Below the pieces are notes generated by a model, which saw only the letters and a program-made list of their open reading frames with translations, did no database searches and was not told the DNA's origin. The translations under genes and the position numbers were made by a program. 64,000 bases of DNA, taken from Bugula neritina. Taxonomy: Eukaryota > Animalia > Bryozoa. Location of the stretch: contig OZ037773.1 of the NCBI GenBank assembly GCA_964035545.1, positions 9,763,751 to 9,827,750 on the forward strand. Direction: 5' to 3'. This document shows positions 1-32,437 of this stretch, piece by piece (position 1 is the first letter of the stretch; each line of letters starts with the position of its first letter).

Positions 1-417
1 AAATACTGGTGGCATGTTACAGATGTTGGTTATGATACAATAAATATTTAATTATTGTTTCATAATTTGAAAACATAATTGATTTTTGAGTTACAGTTTG
101 ATATTGCAACTGCATAATTCACAAAGATTATTAGTTATAAAATAATTGTTAGCCTGAAAACTGAGCTGTTGATAATGATTACTTTAATCGCACCACTTTT
201 TAAGTTAGTAATTGCTAATGCAAAAAAGACGGGTTTTTGTTTGTTTAAACAAACATATTTGTATTTTAATAAAGACAAATGAAATTAATTGCCATGCATG
301 GAGTGTAAAATGTTAAAAGTTTTACTACCAGCTATGCTGTGGAAAGCATAACTGTTTACAAATGAATTCAATTTTGCCAACATTGCTTCTAATGTTTTGA
401 TAAAATACTTGTCTTAC

Positions 418-585
418 CTGCATTACTTCTAAGAACAGCATTGCATTCGAAAGGAAAGTTTCTCCAGCAGTTGACCAGACACTCTGTGAGACTTCTAGTT
501 GGTGACTTTCTGGTTATAAGAGGATTCTTAGTGTTGAGGTACTTGTCTTTTGATATACTGACTGAGTTCCCACACTCTGGTAAAT
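418..585 (-). CDS. PAN/apple-like exon of a fourth (partial) paralog 'D' of the secreted PAN + 3xCTHRC1-C family; gene continues off the left edge
   Basis: 168-nt exon (tatag|AT...GCAG|gtaag) encoding DLPECGNSVSISKDKYLNTKNPLITRKSPTRSLTECLVNCWRNFPFECNAVLRSNAG; same length, phase and Cys pattern as the second coding exon of paralogs A, B, C. Its signal-peptide exon was not resolved. Confidence 0.8.
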
Positions 586-1030
586 CTATAACAAACTTTC
601 TAACATTATACAATATAATGTTTGGTTTACTAAAAACTGCGGCTTTAGTTATATAATGGTTTTTTTTTCAGAACTGGTAGGTTTAAAACATATATATTGT
701 TATGCCAGTAGTTTGTATATAAAGAAGATAACGCAAGACTTAGTAAAATAATAATATATTCAATTACCACACAATATTAAAACATAAACATGCAGATTTA
801 TAACAGCAATTGCAACTCTATAAAACAAACAAAAGTTATGCTTAATATGTTAAATATGATGAGGCTTAGTAAATTATTAAATTTTTATTTCAAATACCAG
901 AAAATAAAGATCAATAAATCTAATTATATAATTTGATTAAAGTTAGACATCTTTTCACAAGAAAACAAACCAAAAACTTTTACAATCAGAAAGTATTGAT
1001 TTCGAAAGTTATATTAAATGAAATATAAGG

Positions 1031-1245
1031 CACACCTATACCCAGTACACTGGTGTACACTTACCTGGTACACTGGTCTACACTTACCCAGTACACTGGT
1101 TCACACTTACCCAGTACACTAGTCCACAGTTACCCAGTACACTGGTCTACACTTACCCAGTACACTGGTCTACACTTACCCAGTACACTGGTACACACTT
1201 ACCCAGTACACACTTACCCAGTACACACTTACCCAGTACACTGGT
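1031..1245. repeat. Minisatellite, ~22-bp unit (cacttacccagtacactggtcta), ~10 copies
   Basis: Tandem copies of cacttacccagtacactgg with truncated variants, visible directly. Confidence 0.9.
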
Positions 1246-2233
1246 CAGAGCTACATGGAGTGATAAGGTGCATAACCAAATAATCAGCAGCGCCATATTT
1301 TCTAACTCTGAAACGAGAAATGAGTTATCATGTTCACATAACTAACTCTGTGTAATGTATAATAATTGCTTGCAATAACACTCACTCCCATGCACTTGAA
1401 CAAAGTCCTGCAAAATTAAAATCAATGCTTTTAGCAAGAGTTAAGCAGGAAAATGCACTTGAGAGTAGTTTTGCTCACTTTGTTGAGCTTGTTTTATTTA
1501 TTCAAAGCTTTTCAATAGCATTTGTTTTGTATCCTCAATATCAGAAAAACAACTGTTGAAGAGTTCTAATTAGTTTCATTGTGCAATGCGCATGTCATGA
1601 GTATTTATATTATAATTACACTAGAAAGTATACAGATCATATTCTTAATGTATCTAAGTTTGAAAGAGTAATTCATGGTAACAGGAGAATAAATAGAAAA
1701 TGCTTCATATTTATTATTTGCAATGCACTCAATATGTCTCTGGCCTGCATACTATAGAATTAGCAAATATTGAATTTTAGCTTTTAACTTTAAATGTATT
1801 GATTTATCAGAAAAAGGATACAAAATAAAAAACAAAATGGTAATTATATCTTAATATAAAATGCATTGCATTGAGTTGCGTGGGATATCAACAATTATAT
1901 AGAGAGTGATGGAACAGGTTTTGTTTAAATTTTAGCCTTATAATCAATTTTTCTCAACATTGAAAAAGAAAATGTTTTTATTGAAAATTTTTTCAATATT
2001 CTAAATTTTAAAAACAGCTGAATATGAAAACTGTACTAAGATGTGACTTAATTCGGTAAACATTAATTAGGAAAAATGCTTGTTTTGGTAGCTGACACTT
2101 TTCCATCTTCATACATGTATGATCAAAACAAAAAGGACAAAGACTATAAGATTTGTATGGTGCACCTAAATATAAATAGCTTATTGAATAGTGATAACAT
2201 TTAAGCGTACAAATGTACATGAGAAGATATAAT

Positions 2234-2486
<253 letters not shown>

Positions 2487-3910
2487 TGACTAAAAACAAG
2501 CAAATTACTAGCTTATATACAATTACATTGAATTACCTGACTGATATAGAGTAAGAGAGACTGGTTAAGGTATGCGAGTGTGCGTGGGAATCTGCGTCAA
2601 GAAACTGTAAGGTAAGCATTGATTTTCACTAGCTCTAGTATTTGTAATATATATTGATTGCTTGCATGTATCATAGTAAATTTACCCCACAGTGTAGAAC
2701 TGGATTATGCCATATCAAGTTGATCTATATTATATAAACATTTTATGTAGACTCCTTATGATATTATTATAGCTACGCTATGAGTTATGTATAATATCAG
2801 GCTGAGTTTTACTTTGAAGATTTGCTGCACCGATTCCAAAAAGCCATGTTCTATAGCATGTTCATATAGATATAAATAACTATATTAGCTAATGATGGAA
2901 TTATTTCTTACAAAATATCAAATTTAATTCCTAAGCATAATATTATATAACGTACCAGAATTGATTATCACATACTATGGAATCCATTGTTTCAGCCCAG
3001 AGGTACCCCTCCATTCAATTTATTATCTGCTCTGTATTATATCTGTACCTGGTCCTCAGTTTTACTGTCTAATAAACCTTATGATTTGCATTATGTGAGT
3101 GTAATTATAATTCTTGACTTAAAGAGTTGTACTATATATTCACATTAATTTACAGTGCAATCATGTCAAACATAAATAATTATGATACATCTTAAGGTTT
3201 TACTTCCTGTAATAGAGCAGTTAAAAATATTTCGCATGATAAATTTTCAGTAAAATAAAATACATCAATAAATGGTATTTTATATTTTCTATACAAATTA
3301 TTTCGTAACTCATGTGAAGTCGATCTTTCCAATATCTAGAATAATTTATCAGTTTTATATAAATGCTATTTATTTGAATTGGGTTTTTTTATGTCTTTGC
3401 CATATCTACTTTATGTAAAGGCTTTGTCGTTATTTCTATTTTAATTACTGTACGCAATGGCTTAATGCTAACAGACAAATCAGAATGGCACATTCATTTT
3501 CTATAGAAAAATCAATAATTACATTTATTCTGAAGACGCAGTTTGTTAAAACTAAGTTGACAGTTTAAACAGATTAGAATTAAGCCAATACTGTTCAAAT
3601 ACTTATTATATTTATTATCTTTGACAGGCAAATACATACAAGTCAGTAAAATTTTATATAGAGTTTTGCTTCATTTAATCTGAAGAATTATGGGCATGTG
3701 TGTTAACTAGACTTAATCTCATATAACTTGTTTTAAAATTGCGAAGTTAAATAACCAGTTCTAATGTTGCTGGTATTTAGGCCTGTGAGATTTGGTTTTC
3801 AAGTTTATAAATTCATATTATACACTATATATATAATATATTTAAGACAGCTTTCAACGATGTATATAACATACATAGAGACAATTGATCACTATAGACT
3901 TTATTTTAGA

Positions 3911-4110
3911 GAGAGCAACCATTGTTTAGGGGTTAGTGCTTTCGCCTATAGTAAAGACAAAATCCTGAATTCGAACCTCCAACAAAGGCCATTGAGGAAG
4001 AGCATCCAGTCATAATTGCTCCTGCATGTTCCCTATCTGAAATAGTCATCAGCCCGATTTAACTAATTACCCCTTTCATCAGGGGTTTTCTCACCAGCAT
4101 GGTGATTATA
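3911..4110 (+). mobile_element. tRNA-derived SINE, family 2 (degenerate)
   Basis: B-box-like gaattcgaacc; shares ggaagagcatccagtcataattgctcctg and a ggggtttt..c..atggtga.tataa 3' end with the copy at 59716-59910 (-). Confidence 0.65.
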
Positions 4111-4640
4111 ACCTTGCACAAGCTAAAAATATTATTTAAAGTTGTCTTTCCTCATCTCATCACTTTATTTGGTGAGAACAGGTAAGGCAAATTCCTAAAT
4201 TATTACAACATTTCGAACGACAAAAAATACAGTTAAGATTATACTGTATCACTTTGCACAAAATTGGTACATATATATAACGTTGAGAAATATATAAATA
4301 ATATACTATAATATAGCTAGAAAAATAACAGCATATGCAATATGTCTATTTGCTTATAAAATGAGTGCGGCGAAATAAGTTGATGGATATCATTATTTGC
4401 TGAAAAAGCAAAACTTACATGTACTAACAGCAATTTTTTTAAACTTAAAAACATATTTAAACATAATTAAGCACATTTAACAGTGTTTAAGCATATATAG
4501 TTGCTTTTTGAAAATTATGCTTTTTCATGAATTAATAATCCACACAGGAAATTGTTCAGTCTAAGCTGATGCAAAACATTCAGTGGGAAGCAAATTATAC
4601 ACATAAGCCAGTGACAAACAATCTGGCTACTCAAGTTGAA

Positions 4641-14275
<9,635 letters not shown>

Positions 14276-15551
14276 ATTCGTCTTTCTAGAATATAAACAC
14301 ACTGTATACATTTAGTATAGAATACCATGAATAGATTTGAAAGCCACATTTAATTGAATTTATAAATGTTCAAATTCAAGCTCCTATAACAACTTAGAGT
14401 ATAATTGATTTAAGAAAATCTTCTGTGTTAGTATAGAGCATTTTAAACAGACAAATACTCTATGTTTTTCATTACTCCTAAAAATGAATGATGCAGTATT
14501 TTAATCTTAAGAAAACATTTCACGTTTTCACATATTTATTTTCTAGAAGTTTTATAAGCTGCAAAATTTGGCAAGCTTAACACAACACTTAGATATAATG
14601 TAATGCAGTGATATAAAAAGTTCATGTAACAGTAAGAAATTATGATAATTATATCAATGTAATATTCATATATAAAGCACTATAAAATATTACAGTAATA
14701 TAATGTTGAATGAGCACCAAAATATTTAAACAATATAACAGCAGTACAATGTCTTATGCACTATCACAATATTATATTAAGTATACTACTAGTTTAAAGT
14801 TGTTATACCTGATGTCACTGCTTAATGTTGAATGTTCAGGGTAAAGATGTCAGGCAGTGGCTTGATGAGCTCTGAGCAAGGTGCTGAGAGTATAGATTTC
14901 TTTTCTTTGTATATATAGTGTATGTTGTCAAAACTAGAAATATCTTCCTTGTTTATTGAGTATGTTATATATCAGTGTATTGGCTGCTTATTGTATATAG
15001 TGAACGTGTTTATTAGGTATGTTATCTTGCAGGTTATTGGCTATAATATTGTATTGATTATATATGTTATATATGAGGTTATTGGTTGCATATTTTATAT
15101 TAAATGGTTATTTGGTGTGTTAAATATCATAGGTAATAGATTTTACGTTATATATTGTAAATTAGGTTTGATAATATTCATCACATGGGAATATGTAATT
15201 ATATATGTTAGCAAAGCCAATACAAAGTATTGAAATGTATATAGCTGCACAAAAAAATAGAAACGTTTCTCTTTCGCACTCCTTCTCCCTCTCCATCTAC
15301 CTCTTACTCCGTGAGTGCATGTGCATTAAATCAAAAACCTATATCAACATGCACACTCAGTGCCAGCATTGCGGCTCAGATAGCTGTAGCTAGCGGCTTT
15401 AATAATCATGTATTGTCTTTTTCAAAAATATGTTTCTTTATGTTTGCATAGTAAGATGACTTCACATTTTAATAATAAAGTAATATTTTAGAGCCATTTA
15501 GTATAATTAAGTTTATACTCGACTTAGATTACATTGGCCATTGAAGTGTTC

Positions 15552-15643
15552 AGTTTACTCAGTGGCCTCTGTGGTGTAATGGTAGCGCACTTGCTTGCAA
15601 GCCAGAGGACTCGCGTTCGATTCCCAGTGGGGGCAATTATTTT
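15552..15643 (+). mobile_element. tRNA-derived SINE-like element, family 1 (tRNA-Ala(UGC)-like head)
   Basis: GGCCTCTG TGGTGTAATGG TAGCGCACTTG CTTGCAA GCCAGAGGACTCGC GTTCGATTCC CAGTGGGGGCA attatttt: A box, B box, anticodon-like loop; near-identical copy with shared flanks at 22765-22856; stems imperfect so not called a functional tRNA. Confidence 0.7.
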
Positions 15644-15645
15644 AC

Positions 15646-15706
<61 letters not shown>

Positions 15707-15822
15707 CCCCAATCTGTGGACAGCAGCTGTTTCGGGGTTTGTCCCCTCATCAGCACAGAACAGAGTACCATGGCCCACACCTTCGCAATAGTAGAAACTT
15801 ATGTTTCTACTAAAGCATATTT
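15707..15822 (-). mobile_element. ~115-bp hammerhead-containing non-autonomous element (copy 2)
   Basis: Reverse complement of 12473-12588; 3' end runs into (TA)n at 15651-15700. Confidence 0.8.
15713..15759 (-). ncRNA. Minimal type I hammerhead ribozyme motif
   Basis: Identical to 12536-12582 on the minus strand. Confidence 0.85.
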
Positions 15823-15959
15823 AAAAGGTGTGTAAACTCAAGCCAGAGAGCTCAAGTGATTCTAGGGGTCACCTAGGAGTCACGAGCTTTGCAAAATGCT
15901 AGCAGCTTGAGTTTGTGACTATGGTGAGAGAGCTCAATCACTGAATGTCATTGCTGAGC

Positions 15960-16022
<63 letters not shown>

Positions 16023-16121
16023 AAATGAGTGTTTATAAAACGTTACTAGAGTGCTCTATAGAAATAAATCTAGAGCGTAAACATTAGAAGAAGTAAAATG
16101 AGATTTGATTAATATAATGGC

Positions 16122-16174
16122 ATTTATTACTAGTAGTTTCGTACACAAGAACGATGTGCACTCGTCAGATAAAT
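16122..16174 (-). ncRNA. Minimal hammerhead ribozyme in PLE 3' pLTR (left arm)
   Basis: ATTTAT-CTGACGA-GTGCACA tcgttct TGTGTAC-GAAA-C TACTA GTA-ATAAAT; palindromic TACTAGTA stem III, GUA triplet. Confidence 0.8.
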
Positions 16175-16281
16175 TAGCCACTATGATTGCTTACAACTAT
16201 AAATAATGTAATATGTAAATATACACAGATTAAAGCTAGAAGATCAAAATATAACAAAAAGGTAGCATTGTAATTAATTGG

Positions 16282-17520
16282 CTATGTTACAGCATTCTTG
16301 AGTAGAAATTTACTACTATGTCTGCATATGGATAAAAAGTCATGGCGCTTATTGAGGGAAGACAACTGTGGCTTATAAAGAATGAAAAATTTTTCCCATG
16401 AGCATAGCTGACAGATTTTAGTGTTGTTGTTGTATGGTTGAGTTTTTCTGAGAATTTTCCAGGATATGGTAAAATCCAGACCTTTGTCTTTTAAGGTCCA
16501 GATGTGTTTACTCAACTCAGTTTGCATGCGCTTGGTTGGGTGTCTGAAAGAAGCAAGGTGGTTGTAGTATCTTGCCTTGAATGCAGTGGAGGAAATTCCT
16601 ACATATGTTTCAGCAGTATCTTTTGATGGGACGGATACTTTGGCCTGGTACACAATGTTTGGGGTGGTGCATTCTCCTGGGAGCGGGCATGTCTTTACAT
16701 TTCTACAGTTACAGCCTGCCTGTGATATAGGGGTGGTGTTGCATTTAGTAACACTTCTGTTGTGAGCAGTGATGGTCTGCTCTAAATTTGGGCAGCAACT
16801 GTAGCTGAGTTTGAGTGTGTTTTTATTAAATATTTTGTGCAGTGGGTGTTTGGTGTTGAATATATCTTTTATCAGCTTGAGGTATATGGAGCCGATTTTC
16901 GTCTTAACATTGCGGCTATAAGGTGGATTGTACCAGATGACTTGTCTTTGTCTGATGGGTTTGATGCTTGTATTGGTGTTGTCGGTATAGTCTTTGTATT
17001 TGAGTTGGTAGTCATATCCGCTTTTAGCCAAAGCATCTTGATATAGTGGGATGGCATTGTTGAAGATAGTTTCATTGGTAGATATGTCACAAAGTCTGCG
17101 GTTTATAGATTCTGGTATGTTATTCAGTATGCTGGGAGGATGGTTAGAGTCTTTGTGTACATACAGAGGGATGTTGTTGGGCTTGGAGTACGGTGTATGA
17201 TGTTTCTTGACCAGATCTAGGGTGACGTCTAAATAGTCAGTTGTCTTGATATTAACATCTATGGTGATCTTTAGACGGTGTGACTGGAATAATATGCAAA
17301 GATCTTTTTTCAGTCTTTCAGCTAGTTGTGGTTTAAGATCTGTTACACCTAGCCCATCGTCTCTATATAGTCCAATGTTAGCTTTGAACTTTTTTGAGAT
17401 TTTACTTAACAAAAATAATCCTACTAATTCACATGTTTCAGCACCATCATGTGAGCCCATAGTGACGTCGAACAAATTATCTGATTGTCTTTTACCCCTA
17501 AATGAGTTGTCATGCACCAA
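16282..17520 (-). CDS. Penelope-like element RT (C-terminal part) + GIY-YIG endonuclease, 5'-truncated
   Basis: Open frame of ~410 codons; the first ~22 aa of the 434-aa track ORF are the antisense reading of the inverted arm. Confidence 0.88.
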   Translation of the reverse strand: MVHDNSFRGKRQSDNLFDVTMGSHDGAETCELVGLFLLSKISKKFKANIGLYRDDGLGVTDLKPQLAERLKKDLCILFQSHRLKITIDVNIKTTDYLDVTLDLVKKHHTPYSKPNNIPLYVHKDSNHPPSILNNIPESINRRLCDISTNETIFNNAIPLYQDALAKSGYDYQLKYKDYTDNTNTSIKPIRQRQVIWYNPPYSRNVKTKIGSIYLKLIKDIFNTKHPLHKIFNKNTLKLSYSCCPNLEQTITAHNRSVTKCNTTPISQAGCNCRNVKTCPLPGECTTPNIVYQAKVSVPSKDTAETYVGISSTAFKARYYNHLASFRHPTKRMQTELSKHIWTLKDKGLDFTISWKILRKTQPYNNNTKICQLCSWEKFFILYKPQLSSLNKRHDFLSICRHSSKFLLKNAVT

Positions 17521-17530
17521 TATGGATATG

Positions 17531-18115
17531 GATATATTCAACACCAAACACCCACTGCACAAAATATTTAATAAAAACACACTCAAACTCAGCTACAGTT
17601 GCTGCCCAAATTTAGAGCAGACCATCACTGCTCACAACAGAAGTGTTACTAAATGCAACACCACCCCTATATCACAGGCAGGCTGTAACTGTAGAAATGT
17701 AAAGACATGCCCGCTCCCAGGAGAATGCACCACCCCAAACATTGTGTACCAGGCCAAAGTATCCGTCCCATCAAAAGATACTGCTGAAACATATGTAGGA
17801 ATTTCCTCCACTGCATTCAAGGCAAGATACTACAACCACCTTGCTTCTTTCAGACACCCAACCAAGCGCATGCAAACTGAGTTGAGTAAACACATCTGGA
17901 CCTTAAAAGACAAAGGTCTGGATTTTACCATATCCTGGAAAATTCTCAGAAAAACTCAACCATACAACAACAACACTAAAATCTGTCAGCTATGCTCATG
18001 GGAAAAATTTTTCATTCTTTATAAGCCACAGTTGTCTTCCCTCAATAAGCGCTATGACTTTTTATCCATATGCAGACATGGTAGTAAATTTCTACTCAAG
18101 AATGCTGTAACATAG
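17531..18115 (+). CDS. Duplicated GIY-YIG endonuclease region in the inverted pLTR arm
   Basis: DIFNTKHPLH...KNAVT identical to the minus copy except H/Y and S/G substitutions. Confidence 0.8.
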   Translation, partial: DIFNTKHPLHKIFNKNTLKLSYSCCPNLEQTITAHNRSVTKCNTTPISQAGCNCRNVKTCPLPGECTTPNIVYQAKVSVPSKDTAETYVGISSTAFKARYYNHLASFRHPTKRMQTELSKHIWTLKDKGLDFTISWKILRKTQPYNNNTKICQLCSWEKFFILYKPQLSSLNKRYDFLSICRHGSKFLLKNAVT

Positions 18116-18222
18116 CCAATTAATTACAATGCTACCTTTTTGTTATATTTTGATCTTCTAGCTTTAATCTGTGTATATTTACATATTACATTATTTATAG
18201 TTGTAAGCAATCATAGTGGCTA

Positions 18223-18275
18223 ATTTATCTGACGAGTTCACATCGTTCTTGTGTACGAAACTACTAGTAATAAAT
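18223..18275 (+). ncRNA. Minimal hammerhead ribozyme in PLE pLTR (right arm)
   Basis: ATTTAT-CTGACGA-GTTCACA tcgttct TGTGTAC-GAAA-CTACTA-GTA-ATAAAT; one stem II mismatch relative to left arm. Confidence 0.75.
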
Positions 18276-18307
18276 GCCATTATATTAATCAAATCTCATT
18301 TTACTTC

Positions 18308-18510
<203 letters not shown>

Positions 18511-18775
18511 ACTGCATATCAGACCTAAAAGTTATCAATAATAATTGCAGCTTCCTAATACATTACAAAACATATGTTGCCACTGCTGGTGAAAAGCGAT
18601 ACCTGCATTTTTTATTTGATTAGTACCACACTCAAATTTGCAAATATATAGCCTTCAATGATAATTTGAAATATAAACAACCTGCTATGTTCATATAAAA
18701 TTAAAACACTTGTGTGAAAAAACAGTTTTGTGAAAAGCACACATAAGTATATATTTGCTTCTTAATCCGTTTTAG

Positions 18776-18952
18776 CTGGAAGGTCTCATTGGAAATATTG
18801 GCGGCCATCTTTGATTATGGATAGGAATGCCTGTCATTTCATTTGTAGAAATATTTGAACTGATAGCTGGTTTGTGTGCTGCTTGTGCGAAATATTTTCA
18901 CAAGAGAAGATCAGCATCTCCAGATTCACCAGATGATGAGACGGAACTCTGA
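18776..18952 (+). pseudogene. Orphan terminal exon of a DEG/ENaC (ASIC/FaNaC-like) sodium channel, TM2 region, with in-frame stop
   Basis: tttag| LEGLIGNIGGHL*LWIGMPVISFVEIFELIAGLCAACAKYFHKRRSASPDSPDDETEL*; matches DEG/ENaC TM2 consensus IGGQLGLWIGMSxIxxxE; TGA at 18822-18824 where Gly is expected; GxS filter Ser replaced by Pro. Confidence 0.72.
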
Positions 18953-19239
18953 ATTATCAATCTAAAACTTCATTTAATATAATAACTACTACTTGTGTAA
19001 CCAACAGTGGGCTTTTACACAGTTTTGTGTACATGTTAATAAACTTGATATTGTGCTAAATATCAGAGTTATCCCCCTTGACACATTAATTATGGCTTAT
19101 ATTTTTCTAAATACTGTAGTTATAGTTAAGTCTGTGGCATAACTTTCTAATACCATAAAATACTATGGCTATTGTTAAGCTTTTAGCATAGTAAATAGTT
19201 AATCCCTTTTCCAATTATAAGTTACAATAAACATACACT

Positions 19240-19538
19240 TGTTTGGGTTCATTTTTGCTTATCCGTGTAAACCGATGGTTGGACCAAGTTCGGCAAGTGC
19301 ATGCCGACAAACCGAATGTCGGTTGCCGACATGATCAGTGTCGGTTACCGACATGACGAACATCGGCCCGCTGTCCGTAAAAGGTTCTAGAAGTCCTTTG
19401 TTCTGCTAGTATAAAAGAAAGCTCATTTTCGAGCTTCAGTCACTTGAAGACTGGAGCTCAGACTGGATACATCGATACTACAATAAAGGATACTGTACAC
19501 ACACGATTTCAACACCCTCTCTTGTCTCTTCTATAACA
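19240..19538 (+). mobile_element. Probable solo LTR
   Basis: TGT...ACA ends, GC-richer than flanks, internal tgtcggtt.ccgacatga repeats, TATAAAAG at ~19410 and AATAAA at ~19482; no target-site duplication seen. Confidence 0.45.
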
Positions 19539-19926
19539 AGGAGTTATGTTCTCTGCCTGATTTCATTCAATAACCCACAAATTACTACAATATTATACTA
19601 GTATATAATTAATGACTTACTTTTTTCATCTACATCATGAGGTTTGAAATCTGAGTAAGTTTAGTTTTTATTACGTTTATTTGCTGTGGCATTACCAAAG
19701 ATACAATAGTACAAATGTGCTACAATATATTTTATTTATCAGCCAAGTGTGGTTGATCATTATATTTAAATGATAAAATCAATGAGTGCATGAATTCTTG
19801 CCAGTACAGGTTGTGGTTTTATTTGAGTCAAACATCTGCTGCTCTCATCAATAGAATGACAAATCCACTCAAATAATTTAAACTTTGGAAACATATAGTA
19901 CATTATACTCTACTCAAAGTAATTTA

Positions 19927-20315
19927 GGGTGCTTTCGGATTCCCTACGAGTAGGGGTAACTGTAGGCCCCACGCGATGACCATTCGGTAACCATCACCCG
20001 TAGAGCACAATTATTCGAGCAATTACAGTAATTTTCCTCTGACATTGCGTCATTTTTGTAAACAAGTATAATCGATAGAATAGGTGCGCTATGAAAATAA
20101 ATGCCAATACTCGTGCAGCCAGTTAAGGTCGAAATTCATATTAAAAACTTATCGCTCTGCTCAATGGATGCTACGTGCACCCTTACGCGATGCATTCGGT
20201 AGCCAACGCGTACCTGTTTGAAAAAGAAGCTCATCTAGGGGTACTCAACGAAGAGAAAGTGAGCAAATTCATCTATGAGCCCAGTAGGCTAGGAGTAGGG
20301 AATCCGAAAGCGCCC
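19927..20315. mobile_element. PIF/Harbinger-type MITE (389 bp)
   Basis: 21-bp TIR GGG(T/C)GCTTTCGGATTCCCTAC at both ends (1 mismatch); TTA target-site duplication at 19924-19926 and 20316-20318. Confidence 0.85.
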
Positions 20316-21890
20316 TTAGTCACACCTGCTATAACATACCCAACATGTTTTTGCTAGCTTTTTTGAATATATTTGGTATATACTTGAATACTTGTCAGTT
20401 GTTGATATAACCGTGCTTATGGTCAACTGCATAAAATATTTTATATAACAAAACTGAATCTATTAAATTTACGTTTGGTCCTCATTTTATTGAATTAAGC
20501 TCACTGGGTGTTAAAAGTGTGCTTGCATATATAATGTATATTCACTGTGCTTGACCATGTAAAATATTAAGCTAAACGAATTTTGCTATAATATGACACC
20601 TCTTAAACACACTATACTATATAAGTGAAGCTTTGCAGCATGAATATATGCACAAGAAAATTAAAAATATATGAAAAACAAGATTGCATCAGGTTTTATT
20701 TGCAAAATTCAAGCAAAAATCAATTTTAACTTTATAAAGTAAATAGAAATCATTTGTAAAAATATTTGGTTTTGATCAGCAAGGGGAAATTTGGATCAAA
20801 GGGTTACAAACACTGAGAATTGATAACAAATATTTTTGTGATTAACGTGAAACTGTAGCTATAAAACAGCTAAGCTAAATTTACGTCCCAACATTCAGTG
20901 CTATACACGTTCTTCTATAAGTCATTGCATTTCCTTTTGAATGAAACTAAGCTGAGACATTCAGAGGCAAAATTTGTTGTAAATGCTTTATTAGGTAAGT
21001 TTCAGTTTCCTACAAAAGTTTTTTTGCAAAATAATTTATATTTAAATTAATATTTAAATTATCTTCAACTTCATTTTTGTTGTAGAAGTGCTAGGTGATG
21101 CATGCATTTCTAGTTTACAGGTGTTTAAGAAAATTAAACTTTCAAAATATCATTGGTATAAAATATATATAAATATAGCTTATAGTATAGGAACGTAAAA
21201 GTGGAATTTCTTACGTATGTGAATATGTAGGAGAGAAAATATAGAGTAAGAAGCAACACTGTTTTAGGGGTTAGAGCGCTGATTTAGTAAACTAGCTCAT
21301 ATAAAGTTTAAATCCTAGCAAATGTTGGCTAATGCATTCAGTTCTACAGCATTGTTTCCGAAACATCAACAATCCACCAAATTGAGTATAAAAATACTTA
21401 AAAATCTAAAATATCAAATCATAAACTAGATAAAAGTTAGAATTGAATATTTTAGCACAGCCATGCAGGAAAAATTATTATTTTGCAATCTTTGTTTACT
21501 TGAAAGTTTATCCTTCTTTGTAAATCATTCAAAAGCTGCAATAAGATTTAATAAGTTGCAAGCAAATTAAAAATGTTTTTTTTAGAAAAGTCACATAAGT
21601 TTCTGTTTTTCTATAGCCATGTATACCATATTTTGCAATATCTTAAGCTATATAACTATACATGTTTAACTTTTATATTTTATTCTATTTTAGCAGTAGT
21701 ATCTTCAGAATATAAATTTCATATTTTTAGTGTATAATTTTATTATCATTAATGCATACCTTTGATATTGTAAGGTTTTATTCTGATGGTTGCGGCATAT
21801 ATGCACATGAAAATAGCAACAGTAGAAGTAAAATGATTTAATCAAATTTCAAGTTGCTACATTTTAATTTATTTCTGATATTTTTTCAGA

Positions 21891-32437
<10,547 letters not shown>

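Noticed and set aside
1031-1245. CRISPR-like array
   Set aside because: No unique spacers, eukaryotic context; ordinary minisatellite
14922-15233. 103-aa hydrophobic ORF upstream of paralog A
   Set aside because: Low-complexity T/A/G-rich degenerate repeat; no recognisable domain or splice structure
15564-15635. Functional tRNA-Ala gene
   Set aside because: Anticodon and T stems pair poorly; dispersed copies with shared flanks and a decayed copy indicate a SINE-like repeat
16282-17520. Selenocysteine-recoded Naiad element
   Set aside because: Some Naiads use in-frame UGA at conserved Cys sites, but the retained ORF has ordinary Cys codons and no in-frame UGA
18822-18824. UGA read-through or selenocysteine in the ENaC-like exon
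   Set aside because: Position is a conserved Gly (GGA>TGA) and a second damaging change (S>P) is adjacent; pseudogenisation is simpler
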